From positions 96,001-160,000 of the forward strand of contig CAVPSJ010000014.1 of assembly GCA_963708295.1 (NCBI GenBank): 64,000 bases of DNA, given 5' to 3'. The position numbers and the translations under genes were made by a program. The notes beneath the pieces were generated by a model. It ran no database searches and had not been told where the DNA came from. It worked only from the letters and a program-made list of their open reading frames with translations. The DNA is from an uncultured delta proteobacterium (GTDB taxonomy: Bacteria; Desulfobacterota; BSN033; UBA1163). Below are positions 40,084 to 50,623 of this stretch, piece after piece; within the stretch, counting starts at the first letter, position 1; each line of letters opens with the position of its first letter.

Positions 40084-40540
40084 TTGTTTATACCCTATTT
40101 ATACCCATTTCTACAATTTATCCCTGCTCGGATGGCTGGCAATAAACATGAGACGGCATTATCATCTTGCCCTGGATCCGGTGTCTTTGCCCAACTCTTT
40201 GCTGATTGCCCACGACCCGTCTACTTCACTTAATTTCTTCGAGTCGCAGTCATCTCCTAAAGCTGACGCATAAATTTTCCATGGGGAGAACCAGGGTTAG
40301 GATATAGAGCGGTTAGCGCGCCCTTAAACATAGTCCCTCTTTCCCGCTAGCTGTCATGGGGAGGAGTATTCTTCCGGCCTTCAGAGTTAACAGCGGATGG
40401 CTTCCGTTTCAATAGAGCTTATTGGAAACAGGGTTTTAATCGAGAATTAGGAACAGGATTGATAAGTTCCTTAATGAAAAAGTTGACAAAAAAGTCATTA
40501 AATTTTACAAATCGGCAACTTGAATATCCTGGAGGCTCAA

Positions 40541-41017
40541 TTGTCCAAGTTGAAAATAGATATTCCCGGTTGGGGGAGCGCTGATATCGAAAATATTGTC
40601 ATTGACCTTAACGGAACCCTTGCTACCGATGGAAAGATTCCCCTCGAACTAAGAGAAAAGATCGGCGCTCTCTCTGATCTAGCCAAAATTTATATTTTAA
40701 CAGCCGATCCTCAGAGGCCTGCCAATGAAGAAATCTTGGGTATGAAAGCAGAGTTGATAAAGGTACTGGGGGAGGACAGCAAACAAGGGAAACTTGATTT
40801 TTTAAGAACCCTCAACCCTGAAATGACGGTCGCCATAGGAAATGGGAGCAATGATCAACTCATCCTGAAAGAAGCCGCCTTGGGGATAGCAGTTTTAGGG
40901 GAGGAAGGGGTGTCGGTTTCAGCAATCAAGAGTGCGGACATCCTGGTAAAGGACATTCAGAATGCATTAGATCTCTTTTTAAAACCCAGGAGGCTCACCA
41001 CCACACTGGGAGAGTAA
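40541..41017 (+). CDS. Soluble P-type-ATPase-like HAD phosphatase
   Basis: IDIPG, DLNGTLATDG, LTAD, AIGNGSND, EEG; RBS ggagg before TTG. Confidence 0.85.
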   Translation: MSKLKIDIPGWGSADIENIVIDLNGTLATDGKIPLELREKIGALSDLAKIYILTADPQRPANEEILGMKAELIKVLGEDSKQGKLDFLRTLNPEMTVAIGNGSNDQLILKEAALGIAVLGEEGVSVSAIKSADILVKDIQNALDLFLKPRRLTTTLGE

Positions 41018-41037
41018 AAAGGATGCATGCCGCCGTC

Positions 41038-41430
41038 CTAAAGAGTCTCCACTTCCAAAAAATCCCCTTCCTTCACGGAGAGGGCTTCTTTGATATTCTG
41101 GGAGGCAATCAGCTCCATCTTATTCTCGGGGTAATCTTTGACCCTTGGAAAGACAATCGCCCCTTTTAATCGGCCATCGATGAGAACCGGATAGCATTGG
41201 GCACTGCAAAAGGAGGGGTCCTCCGGGGAAATCTCTACCCCAAGAGTTGATTTTAATTCTCGAAAGTTCTGGGAGTCTTTCGAATCGACGATTTCCAAAT
41301 TCAACGTCCCAGGACAGGGGTCGACGTTTAGTTTTTGGATAAACTGCTTCCTGACCCAGGGAACCCGAGTAAAGGTTGATCCGACCCGAAGTCCTTCGAC
41401 TATTCTTCCACGAATCCTAATTTCTCAATC
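41038..41430 (-). CDS. CTP-dependent riboflavin kinase (DUF120, archaeal type); start codon uncertain or frameshifted
   Basis: IRGRIVEGLRVGSTFTRVPWVRKQFIQKLNVDPCPGTLNLEI...AIVFP...YP..KMELIA...L..KEGD. Confidence 0.8.
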
Positions 41431-41468
41431 CTTTCTTTCTAAAGACCCTGTCCCATGAAGCGCCCCGT

Positions 41469-41756
41469 TCAGCGAGGATTACACGAAAGATCAGCGATCA
41501 TGCTTTTTAGCTTTGTTAGCACCCCATCCTCCTTCTTCAAGATTTTTTCTGAAGATTGAAGGATCTTTTCCAGAACATTATTGTAATCTTCGAGAAAGTC
41601 TCTTTTTACCTCTGCAGGAAGATTCCGATACATTTTCTCTATATTTCCTACCCAATTGGGCAGAGTAGAGATATCGGCATCTTTTCTTTCATGGAGATAT
41701 CCCTCGAGACAACCCACTTTCGCTGAAAAGTTAAAAAGGTCTCTATTCAAACCCAT
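41469..41756 (-). CDS. Hypothetical protein
   Basis: 95-aa ORF, RBS ggagg, between the HAD gene and the riboflavin kinase. Confidence 0.65.
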   Translation of the reverse strand: MGLNRDLFNFSAKVGCLEGYLHERKDADISTLPNWVGNIEKMYRNLPAEVKRDFLEDYNNVLEKILQSSEKILKKEDGVLTKLKSMIADLSCNPR

Positions 41757-41777
41757 GTCCTTACCTCCCCAGCCCTT

Positions 41778-42488
41778 TCAAACCGAATCTCTCCCCATCC
41801 TTTCTTGCTCTTCCAAGAACAGGGTTAATTGAACAAGGTTCCTAAAAATTAGTTCTGGCTGCTCGCTCTCGGAAATGTCTAAATGATCTTCTCTCACTAA
41901 TATCGCCACAGGAATTCCTCCTGCTTTCCTGGCGGCAATCACATCATCCTCGGTGTCACCCACGATGAGGCACTTTTCAATCGGTACGTTCATCCTTTTG
42001 GCACACTCAACAATGGCGTCCGGGGCCGGTTTCCGGCTCGCAACCTCCCTCGATGTTACGATGGAATCGATAAACCTTTCAAGACCAAACCCTTTGAACC
42101 TATCCCACTCCTTCTCCGGCATGGATGTCCTTCCGGTGGCAATTCCGATTTTTATGCCTCTCTCTTTGAGATTGCCAAAAAGTTCGTTGATTCCTGGAAA
42201 AGGCTTTACCTCGCTCGCTTCAATCTTCAGGAAATGCTGCAATATCTCTCTTTTACACCTTTCGATCAGCGATTCATCGGTTGGAAGAGGGAAGAGCTTC
42301 CGGAGCAAATCCTCCAAATTTGCACCTTTCCTGAGAGATTGAATGAGAAATTGTTGCGAGACAGGTTGGAGGTCGAATTGGCTTATTCCCCTGTTAAAGG
42401 CGAAGGTAAATACAGGGAAAGTGTCGACCAGGGTGCCGTCAATATCAAATATCACCCCCTGGATCTGTTTTCCATTTACAAGAAGCAT
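41778..42488 (-). CDS. HAD-superfamily phosphatase
   Basis: IFDIDGTLVDT, IATG, RKPAPD, IVGDTEDD. Confidence 0.9.
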   Translation of the reverse strand: MLLVNGKQIQGVIFDIDGTLVDTFPVFTFAFNRGISQFDLQPVSQQFLIQSLRKGANLEDLLRKLFPLPTDESLIERCKREILQHFLKIEASEVKPFPGINELFGNLKERGIKIGIATGRTSMPEKEWDRFKGFGLERFIDSIVTSREVASRKPAPDAIVECAKRMNVPIEKCLIVGDTEDDVIAARKAGGIPVAILVREDHLDISESEQPELIFRNLVQLTLFLEEQERMGRDSV

Positions 42489-42634
42489 ATGTGATCGGTC
42501 ACCTTTTCTCGGTGAACCTCAAGTAATGATCAGCCTTGTTCGTAGCACTCTTAGGACAAACAGAGCAGACGAAGTAAAATGAGTATAAAAAGGGACATCG
42601 TTTGTTTCGGGATCCCAACCCCGTCGCTCCGCCA

Positions 42635-42680
42635 AAACTTAGGAAGCCTGCCCAAGAAAAGCAGGCTTCCCAAGTTTTTG
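42635..42680. terminator. Hairpin terminator downstream of the SDR gene
   Basis: aaaacttaggaagcctgc...gcaggcttcccaagttttt. Confidence 0.65.
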
Positions 42681-42719
42681 AGAGGAACTTTGGCTTGATA
42701 AGATATCTTCAGTATTTCT

Positions 42720-43544
42720 TCATTTTAGGATCCCCCCTCTTCTGAGGGCGTCTACCATCGTTGCTCCCAGCGCGTCAACCACTGCAGTTCCAGCGTCGAT
42801 CACGAGGGCAGCTCCTGTCATGAATGAGGAATCATCGCTTGCCAGGAAAGTGCAAATTCCGCCAATCTCGGGCGGTTGTCCGAACCGTTGAAGTGGCAAA
42901 ACCTTTGATATCATGGCAAAGAAACTGTCGGTTTCCATGCCGAGCATTTTCCCGAGCTGACCAAACTCCTTCTCCGTCATTTCCGTTTTGATGCCGCCAG
43001 GGCAGATGGCATTGCAACGGATATTGTGACGGCCGTAATCGAGTGCGGCCTGCTGGGTGAGCATGATGAGGCCTGCCTTAGAGCTGCAGTAGGCCGGAAA
43101 ACCAGACAGACAGCGGAGTCCACCCACAGAAGCAATATTGATGATGGATCCCCCGCCCCCTTTGATCATATGCGGTATGGATGCTTTCATGAGGAGAAAG
43201 GGGCCGGTCAGGTTCACGTCGAACACCCTCTGCCACTCCTCGCGGGAGAGATCTGCGACGGGCACCTGCGAGGCGATCCCGGCGTTATTGACGAGCACGT
43301 CGAGCCTGCCTCCAAAGGAGACTGTCGTCTTCACCATGCGCGCCACATCGTCGTCCTTTGAGACATCTCCCGGACAAGTGGTAACGGTCCCCGAGGGGAG
43401 TGATCGGGCCACCTCGTCAAGCATTTCTTTGCGGCGGCCGGTGAGACAAACCTTTGCTCCCTCGGTGACAAATCGCTTAACGATCGCAGTGCCTATGCCT
43501 GTACCTCCTCCAGTGATCAGTGCTACCTTTCCGTTCAGTTTCAT
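42720..43544 (-). CDS. SDR family oxidoreductase
   Basis: TGGGTGIG, NNAG, YCSSK. Confidence 0.92.
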   Translation of the reverse strand: MKLNGKVALITGGGTGIGTAIVKRFVTEGAKVCLTGRRKEMLDEVARSLPSGTVTTCPGDVSKDDDVARMVKTTVSFGGRLDVLVNNAGIASQVPVADLSREEWQRVFDVNLTGPFLLMKASIPHMIKGGGGSIINIASVGGLRCLSGFPAYCSSKAGLIMLTQQAALDYGRHNIRCNAICPGGIKTEMTEKEFGQLGKMLGMETDSFFAMISKVLPLQRFGQPPEIGGICTFLASDDSSFMTGAALVIDAGTAVVDALGATMVDALRRGGILK

Positions 43545-43603
43545 CGTCTTACCTCCTCAAAATAATTCTGTACCCATTCGCGGTCAGGGAGTCGCTCCTT
43601 CCA

Positions 43604-44896
43604 TCAGATGGTCTCCGTCCCAAAATAGTACCTTGCAAGCTCGGTTAAGCGGAGAATCGGTCCGCCCACGACGATTTGACCAATCTTAAGGTCTCTGAGA
43701 AGCTTTTCTATTTTTCCTTCCCGTGAATAACCATAGGAACCCATGAGCTCGACGCAACGGCTTACGACATCCCACCCCAACTCACCGACCATATTCTGGA
43801 CGGCACTCGCTGCCGCGAGATTTTTCTCGTCCCATGGGAAACCGTAAACATCGGGGTGATCCATGCGTGCAGCAGCGTAATAGAAGAATCCCTCAGCAGC
43901 CAGAATATTTTTGGCAATCTGCCCCAATTCATGGACGATCGCTCCGTGCTCTTTCATCGGCTTCCCCGCTATCTCCCTGTTGTCTACATAGTCCTTGAGA
44001 ACTTCATAGGCCCTTTTCATGATACCAAGGGGAAAAGCGGCGGAAATAAGGCGGCCTATGGTGATGCTTGCGATGACGGATTTCACCTCGTCTTCAGGGT
44101 TTGGCTGAGCACGGTTCTCTTTCGGAACCCTCACGTTTTCAAACCATACGTCCCCGTTTGTATCGATGGCAGCCCCCATTTTCCGGTATGGCTTGCTCGT
44201 CGACACCCCGGGGGCATCGGCCGGCACAAATATTTGAGCGATGTTTCTTGGAAAATCTTGCCCCTCCACAGCACAAAGGACTCGGAACATCTTCGCTTCC
44301 CTGTAGCCAGACGGCCACAGCTTATGGCCGTTGATCACCCATTCGTTACCTTCTAACCGGGCCCTCGTTTTGATTTGGGTGCCTTTCAGTCTTACGTCTT
44401 CCACCGATCCTCCCGCATGCGGTTCAGTGATGGCACTCGCAATGATGTAGACTTTGTTGCCGCAGAGGAGGGGCGCGATCTTCTTGAGGAGGGTCTCATT
44501 AAGTTTCGGAATGGTTATTCCTGCAACGGCCCAGGAGCTTATGAAGCCTGTACTGGCAAGGGCGTAATCACCGCGGGCAACTTCTTCAATCGTAACACCC
44601 ATCTCAACGGTTGAGGCTCCCCCCGACCCACCAAACTCTGGCGGTATAAAAGATTTTTGTAGTCCGAGATCAATCAGCAGCCTTTTCCAGATATTGTCAA
44701 CGAAAGTATGCTCCTTTCGTTCCGTCCAATCCCAATAGTCGTCGAACTCCTCCGCGTGGGGCAGGACCTCATTGTCGATGAATTTCCTCAGGGTCTTGCA
44801 ATACATCTTGGTTTCTTCTGAGATGAGATGTTCGGGTCTTAAAAAATCATCAATTCCTTTAGATTTTTCACTAGCGAATTTTGTTCCGTCTGCCAT
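43604..44896 (-). CDS. Acyl-CoA dehydrogenase family protein
   Basis: AITEPHAGG, WVINGHKLW, KMG, VWFENVRVP, GSYGYSRE..IEKLLRD. Confidence 0.9.
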   Translation of the reverse strand: MADGTKFASEKSKGIDDFLRPEHLISEETKMYCKTLRKFIDNEVLPHAEEFDDYWDWTERKEHTFVDNIWKRLLIDLGLQKSFIPPEFGGSGGASTVEMGVTIEEVARGDYALASTGFISSWAVAGITIPKLNETLLKKIAPLLCGNKVYIIASAITEPHAGGSVEDVRLKGTQIKTRARLEGNEWVINGHKLWPSGYREAKMFRVLCAVEGQDFPRNIAQIFVPADAPGVSTSKPYRKMGAAIDTNGDVWFENVRVPKENRAQPNPEDEVKSVIASITIGRLISAAFPLGIMKRAYEVLKDYVDNREIAGKPMKEHGAIVHELGQIAKNILAAEGFFYYAAARMDHPDVYGFPWDEKNLAAASAVQNMVGELGWDVVSRCVELMGSYGYSREGKIEKLLRDLKIGQIVVGGPILRLTELARYYFGTETI

Positions 44897-45683
44897 CTTT
44901 AATACCTCCTTTAGAAACTATTTTTTATTCGGGACAGGTTCTTGCGATGTCGAACCGTCCAGTGATGAACTTATTCCTTTTCAATCAACTTCGTACAGGC
45001 AGCTATCATGCCCTGAGGGGAACATTTCGAGTCTTAGATCGTCCATAGATGGTTAACTGACTCAACCAAAAATTAGCGCGATTGTCAAGAAGAAAAAATT
45101 CAAAACCCAAAAGTCGTTTATCCATTTAGCCCTTTTCAACAAACGCTACGAATACCCTCTTCCCTTTCTATATCCAAAGAGTCATGAGAGCTATTTGGGT
45201 CGGAGCACAGCGTGCTTAATGCCCATCCGTGATCTGCTGAATAAGAGGCAGAGATGTCTTTACCCTTCGGGATTGCAGCCTTGACAAGGGTGTCTTAGTA
45301 TGATACTAAACTCGAAAATCAAAGAAAAGACTATTGAATCCCGGTCCAGGAGTGAGCAAAGATTAGTGCGGCGGGGTTCTTTGTTTCGATTTAATCCCTC
45401 CTTATTGCAGCTAGCAGCAGAAGTATCTGAAAGAAAAAAGCCAAGATCCTTGCTTAATGAATCGAATGAACGTCTCTAATTTCTTTGGTGGGTGGAAATT
45501 TCCTCTGTTGAAACTGCACAAGCATCGGTTACCGGGAGAATCACCTCGGTGGCATCCATGATCCACTTCGAAAGAGGCAGCAAAACGTTCAAAGATATCG
45601 CGATGAGGGCTTGCCAACACACCTAACGTCTTTCCAGAGGAGTTTTACTCAACTCTCAAAGGGATTGTTCTCGGAGGTGCATC

Positions 45684-46710
45684 ATGCCAGAGAGATATAT
45701 ATTTTGGATTGAGGAGTTGGGGCAAGAGCATTGTGAGATTGTTGGGAAAAAGTGCGGCAACTTAGGTGAGATGGCGAAGATCGGATTACTGGTGCCCCCG
45801 GGGTTTGCACTCTCTGTGGAGGCCTATAAGGATTTTATGATTCAAACGAATGCCAGGAGGGAAATACAGAACTATCTGTCCCAGTTGAGTGGGGAGATCG
45901 AAACCATAGAACAATTCAATCAAGCCAGCAGGGATATCCGTCAGATTGTAGAATCGAAAGAGATGCCTGAGGCGATGAAGGATACGATTCTATCCTTTTA
46001 TGATGGTTTATGCCGTAGATGCGATTGTATCGTTGCGGTTTCGACGAGGTCTGCTGGGCCCGTCAGCCATCCTGGACAATATGAGACTTATCTCAATGTT
46101 AAGGGTAAAGCAGACTTATTGGAAAAGATTAAGAAGGTTTGGGCAAGCTCATTTAATCCCCGTTCTTTAGCCTTTCGGAAACGAAAAGCACTGCCCCTGG
46201 AGAACGATCCGATCGGTGTGGCCGTCCTGAAGATGGTCAATGCTCGTGCTGCCGGAGTTCTCTTCACAGCGGATCCCAATACGGGCGATACTTCTCGGAT
46301 GATCATCGAGGCAAACTGGGGGTTCGGGGAGAGTGTGGTCAGTGGTGAGTTGATGCCGGATGTCTATGTTTTGAACAAAGACACTTTAGAGATACTCGAA
46401 AAAAAACTGGGAAAGAAGTCGAAATATGTGACCTGTAAAGAATTAGGAGTAGCAGAGGAAGAGTGTCCCTGCCGATTTGAGTGCGTCCTTTTGTTTAAGA
46501 GACGAGGAAACAAAAGAGATAGGGAAATTGGGCATTTTGTTGGAGAATCACTTCGGTGTCCCGCAGGATGTAGAGTGGGCGATAGAGCGGGATTTAGAAT
46601 TACCCAAGAGCATTATACTGCTGCAGACTCGTCCGGCAGTCATCGCGCAGAAAAAGAGTCCCGTGGACCAAGTGGTTGATTTAATGCTGAACCTGTATTC
46701 AAAGGGGTGA
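45684..46710 (+). CDS. PEP-synthase N-terminal ATP-grasp subunit (phenylphosphate synthase beta-like), frameshift ~46475
   Basis: VGKKCGNLGEM, VPPGFA, RSAG..SHPGQYETYLNV, ANWGFGESVVSG, PQDVEWA, LLQTRP. Confidence 0.85.
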
Positions 46711-48485
46711 TCACCGAGGATCCGGATACCATCGAGAAGGTAAAGGCGATTTTAGGTCGTGAATCCATACTCAACCCATCTCTAATATTAGAAAGGAGGG
46801 CCAATATGTTGAGGCCAGCTTATGACTTAAGTTTTTATGAATTTGACGAGGAAAACGACCCCAAGAACTATGGCGTCCTTTTGTGCGACCTGGTCCACGG
46901 CAAACCTCCGATGAAACCCCTCTACATCGGAGTCGGTTGGTATTGGTATTACCATGGCGTCCGCTATGGGGCGGAAACACTCTTTTTAACCACGACTCAT
47001 GGCTGGGATTCCAGGTTTATCAAGGGCTATCCTTATATCACCGCAATCAGAACCACGGAAACAGAGGCCAAGGCGCGTGAACCGCTCTTCAGGGAGAAGA
47101 TCAAGCCCTTTATCGAGAACTTTGATGGCGTATGGAATCCACTCAAGACCGAATTGCTGGAAATATATAAAAGAGCCAAGAATTCAAGGGGCCTTAAGGA
47201 ATGGGGAGACATAAAAAAACTGAATAACCAAGATCTCCTCTCTTTCTTTTTGGATTTTGTCTATGTCATTAATCGAAAAGAGGCCGAAACCCACTTCGTC
47301 ATGTTCATGGCTTCTTATTACATCAGTGGTTTGTTTCAACAGATGTGGCGTGACCTATTCGGAACAGAAGCTCCCATTGATCCGAATTTCAGCAAATTGA
47401 TGGCAGGATATGAAAGTCAGGACCACAGGGTCGTCAGGGAGTTGTGGCGACTTGGAAGACGCGCTGTGGAACTGGGTTTAAGAGATGTATTCGAGAACAA
47501 TGAGGAAGAGAAAGTGATTAAAGAATTAGAAAAGAGCAAAGCAGGAGCCCAATGGCTGGGTGAATACAATGGATTCTTAGTGGAACATGGCTGGAGATGT
47601 GAACGGATGCATGCCTATGATACTCCAGCCTGGATTGAAAAGCCCAGTCTGGGTGTTCGAAGAGTCAAAATACTGATGACGAAGGAAGCCTTCCCTCTCG
47701 ATGCAGAGCATGATCGGGTCGTCGCAGAGAGAAATAAGACGGAGAAGGAAGTCTTGACGAAGGTGCCGGAAGCGCAAAGAGAAGCTTTTAGAATCTTGAT
47801 GGGAGCAGCCCAGAAATCTGGCTATTGGAGCGAAGACCATACGTATTATTGCGACTTCTACATCGGTTCCATGGGGAGGTGGATTGTCACTGAATTTGGA
47901 CGCCGATTTGCTGAGGCAGGATGTATTGATCATCCGGAAGATATCCATTTTTTGCATCCGAACGAGATAAGAAAGGCTGCCATCCCCATGGGAAGAATCA
48001 ACCTTCGTCCTTATGTGGAGCCAAGAAAGAAGGCCTGGGAAGAGAATCTTACCATAGATCCACCGCCTTTTTACGGAGACATCAGCCAAGCCCAGGCCGT
48101 GTTAAGGAGCGATCCTACCCTGGCGGTATCCACCCAACTTCCCATCGTGAGAGAAGAGCTGAAGGCAGATCTCTATGGGGCCGCTGCTGCCCCCGGGCTT
48201 GTAGAAGGTGTTGCGCGCGTGATTATGAGCGCAGACCAGTTATCGGAAATCAAAGCGGGTGAGATTTTAGTAGCCCCCGGAACCTCTGCTGCCTGGACGG
48301 TGGCCTTTAGCATTATCAAGGGCCTCGTCACAGATGGCGGGGGAGCCCTCTCTCACCCTGTGATCATGGCTCGTGAGTATGGGATCCCCTGTGTTGCCGG
48401 TTGTTTCGAAGGCACTGCGAAGATCAAGACCGGCCAGAGAATAAGGGTGGATGGGAACCTGGGAGTTGTCTATATCCTGAAATAG
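46707..48485 (+). CDS. PEP-utilizing phospho-His subunit (phenylphosphate synthase alpha-like)
   Basis: Large helical N-domain plus C-terminal swivel domain GLVTDGGGALSHPVIMAREYGIPCV. Confidence 0.85.
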   Translation: MITEDPDTIEKVKAILGRESILNPSLILERRANMLRPAYDLSFYEFDEENDPKNYGVLLCDLVHGKPPMKPLYIGVGWYWYYHGVRYGAETLFLTTTHGWDSRFIKGYPYITAIRTTETEAKAREPLFREKIKPFIENFDGVWNPLKTELLEIYKRAKNSRGLKEWGDIKKLNNQDLLSFFLDFVYVINRKEAETHFVMFMASYYISGLFQQMWRDLFGTEAPIDPNFSKLMAGYESQDHRVVRELWRLGRRAVELGLRDVFENNEEEKVIKELEKSKAGAQWLGEYNGFLVEHGWRCERMHAYDTPAWIEKPSLGVRRVKILMTKEAFPLDAEHDRVVAERNKTEKEVLTKVPEAQREAFRILMGAAQKSGYWSEDHTYYCDFYIGSMGRWIVTEFGRRFAEAGCIDHPEDIHFLHPNEIRKAAIPMGRINLRPYVEPRKKAWEENLTIDPPPFYGDISQAQAVLRSDPTLAVSTQLPIVREELKADLYGAAAAPGLVEGVARVIMSADQLSEIKAGEILVAPGTSAAWTVAFSIIKGLVTDGGGALSHPVIMAREYGIPCVAGCFEGTAKIKTGQRIRVDGNLGVVYILK

Positions 48486-48555
48486 GAAAAGGGGGGCCGG
48501 GGCGGACTGGGGTGTTCTCAAGACTTTGGAGAAAACTTAATTTCTGTTACAGCAA

Positions 48556-49830
48556 ATGACGAAAAACGAGGAGAGAAGGGTGCACAAAAAATGCATCGTC
48601 GTTATCGGCACCTTGGACACCAAGGGCGAAGAGATCGGCTATTTAAAGGAACTCATCCTTAAGCGAGGGCACCGACCTTTTATCGTTGACATCGGCGCTG
48701 GAGGAAAGGCAAGACTGGAGGCAGACATACCTGCTACCGAAGTGGCCCGGGCAGCAGGCACAGAGATAGAACAGCTATGGGATTCCCGTGAAAGACAGAA
48801 CGTTACCGAGGTGATGATTAAGGGAGCAGTAAGCAAACTGGCTGCTCTTTGCCGGACGGGAGAAGTAGAAGGGGTGATTTCCATCGGTGGCATGACCAGC
48901 ACGGTGATGGCCTCCAGTATCATGCGAGAGATCCCCTATAACATTCCCAAACTCATTGTCTCCAGCGCTGCCTCCATGCCAGGCTCCAATCGCTATTTTG
49001 GTCCTACGGGGATAACTATGATGCATTCCCTGGTTGATGTCGGTGGCCTGAATAGCTTGCTTAGAGCTCAGCTAAATAGGGCAGCCGGCGCCATCTGCGG
49101 CATGGTGAATGATGAGATTTCTCAGTCCGGTCTTGAAGAACACAAGCCAATGGTCGCCATGTCTGTCTATGGATATGTGGAAAATTGTGCGCGGTACATC
49201 AACGAAGCGTTGACAGGGAAATACGAGCTTATCCGCTTCCACGCCACGGGTATGCCTGAGATCACCATGGAGAAACTCATCGAGGAAGGCGTCTTCAGCG
49301 GCGTCATCGACTTAGTGCCCTCGAGTATCACGAATGAGAAATTTAATGGCGCACGAATCTCCTGGAAAAGAAGGTTGGAGGTGGCCGGGGAAAAGGGGAT
49401 TCCTCAGGTCATCGCCCCAGCCGGAGTGAATACCATTTCCCGGGTCGGATTTACCGCTGACGAATTAGCTCCTGAGCTCAAGGTACGTAAACATTATTTT
49501 ATGGAAGAACTACGGGTAACCGTGTGGTTGAATGCGAAGGAATTAGAGAATATGGCCTCGATCTACGCTGAGAAGCTCAATAAGGCTGTGGGGCCGACGA
49601 AATTCCTCATCCCCAAACGAGGGTGGATCTCTATTGAAAAAGAAGGGGGCGATTTCTATGACCCGCAAAACATTCAGGTCTTTGTTGATAAGCTTAAGGA
49701 GAAGCTGAAGGCAGAGATTGAAGTCAGAGAGGTGGACGCCAATATTGATGACCCGATTTTTGCAAAAGCAATCGTAAATGCTTTTGAGGAAGTCATGAGT
49801 TCGAAACAAGATAGAAAAGGTAGAGAGTGA
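48556..49830 (+). CDS. Tm-1-like ATP-binding domain protein (UPF0261)
   Basis: IGTLDTKGEE, PKLIVSS, MMHSLVDVGGLN, FHATG, IPQVIAP, AEKLN, DANIDDP.FA. Confidence 0.88.
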   Translation: MTKNEERRVHKKCIVVIGTLDTKGEEIGYLKELILKRGHRPFIVDIGAGGKARLEADIPATEVARAAGTEIEQLWDSRERQNVTEVMIKGAVSKLAALCRTGEVEGVISIGGMTSTVMASSIMREIPYNIPKLIVSSAASMPGSNRYFGPTGITMMHSLVDVGGLNSLLRAQLNRAAGAICGMVNDEISQSGLEEHKPMVAMSVYGYVENCARYINEALTGKYELIRFHATGMPEITMEKLIEEGVFSGVIDLVPSSITNEKFNGARISWKRRLEVAGEKGIPQVIAPAGVNTISRVGFTADELAPELKVRKHYFMEELRVTVWLNAKELENMASIYAEKLNKAVGPTKFLIPKRGWISIEKEGGDFYDPQNIQVFVDKLKEKLKAEIEVREVDANIDDPIFAKAIVNAFEEVMSSKQDRKGRE

Positions 49831-49886
49831 AGGTCGTTCCCTTAACGGGCTTTTGCCACCTGCTGGGAAGGGGCAAAGGAGATTGA

Positions 49887-50546
49887 ATGCCAAAAGATAA
49901 ACGTGGGCCTTCACGAAAGATCTCTCTTCAGACCCCTGACGACATCCTGAAGCGCGACCTAGAAACTCTCAAGCAAGAGGCTTTCGAACTGGGTGCTTCC
50001 ATGGCCGAAATTATTCCCGCCGAGTGGGTGGAGATAGACGAGAGAGTGAGGCTCAAATGTTCCGTTCCTCTGTGCCCGTATTACGACAAAAACCCTTACT
50101 GCCCGCCTCGGGGGCCTTCCTCGGACTTGATGCGAGAAGCCATTCGTCGATACACTTGGGCCCTTCTATTCGCACTCGACGTCATCCCTCCCGAGGAATT
50201 TGCTGATCACTCCATAGAACGCGAAGCCGTCATCAAATGGGGGAAAAAATGCCTTGAAATCACAAGCAGGGTTGAGACGCTCGCATTCGGCAGGGGCTAC
50301 TATCTTGCAATGGGATTGGGGCAAGCGAGTTGCTTGAAAATACTTTGTGGTCAGGAACGGTGCCTTGTTCTTGGGGGGGGTAAGTGCCCTTACCCGCTCC
50401 AGTCCCGTCCCTCGATGGAAGGTTCGGGAATCGATGTCTTTCGGCTCGTGACGAAGGTCGGATGGGAGATATATCCGATTTACAGGAGTGTTGACCCAAA
50501 AGCAGTGCCAAGGGCTTTATCTGTGGGGATCGTCTTTATCTCTTGA
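49887..50546 (+). CDS. DUF2284 Cys-rich metal-binding protein
   Basis: RVRLKC..PLCPYY..NPYCPP...C....C...C.......CPYP..RPSMEGSGIDV. Confidence 0.85.
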   Translation: MPKDKRGPSRKISLQTPDDILKRDLETLKQEAFELGASMAEIIPAEWVEIDERVRLKCSVPLCPYYDKNPYCPPRGPSSDLMREAIRRYTWALLFALDVIPPEEFADHSIEREAVIKWGKKCLEITSRVETLAFGRGYYLAMGLGQASCLKILCGQERCLVLGGGKCPYPLQSRPSMEGSGIDVFRLVTKVGWEIYPIYRSVDPKAVPRALSVGIVFIS

Positions 50547-50623
50547 GGTACCTTTCCTACCGGTTCTTGGCAGGGAAGAAACGGATGCCTTGACAGGCTA
50601 GATACCCCAGATCGGGCGTTTCA

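Noticed and set aside
44900-45680. Riboswitch or small ORFs in the long divergent intergenic region
   Set aside because: Only promoter-like TTGACA boxes are seen; no recognisable aptamer, and ORF 45411..45620 has no motif or RBS support.
45684-48485. Canonical PEP synthase or rifampin phosphotransferase
   Set aside because: No C-terminal PEP-binding barrel, and split into two overlapping genes in the PpsB/PpsA manner.
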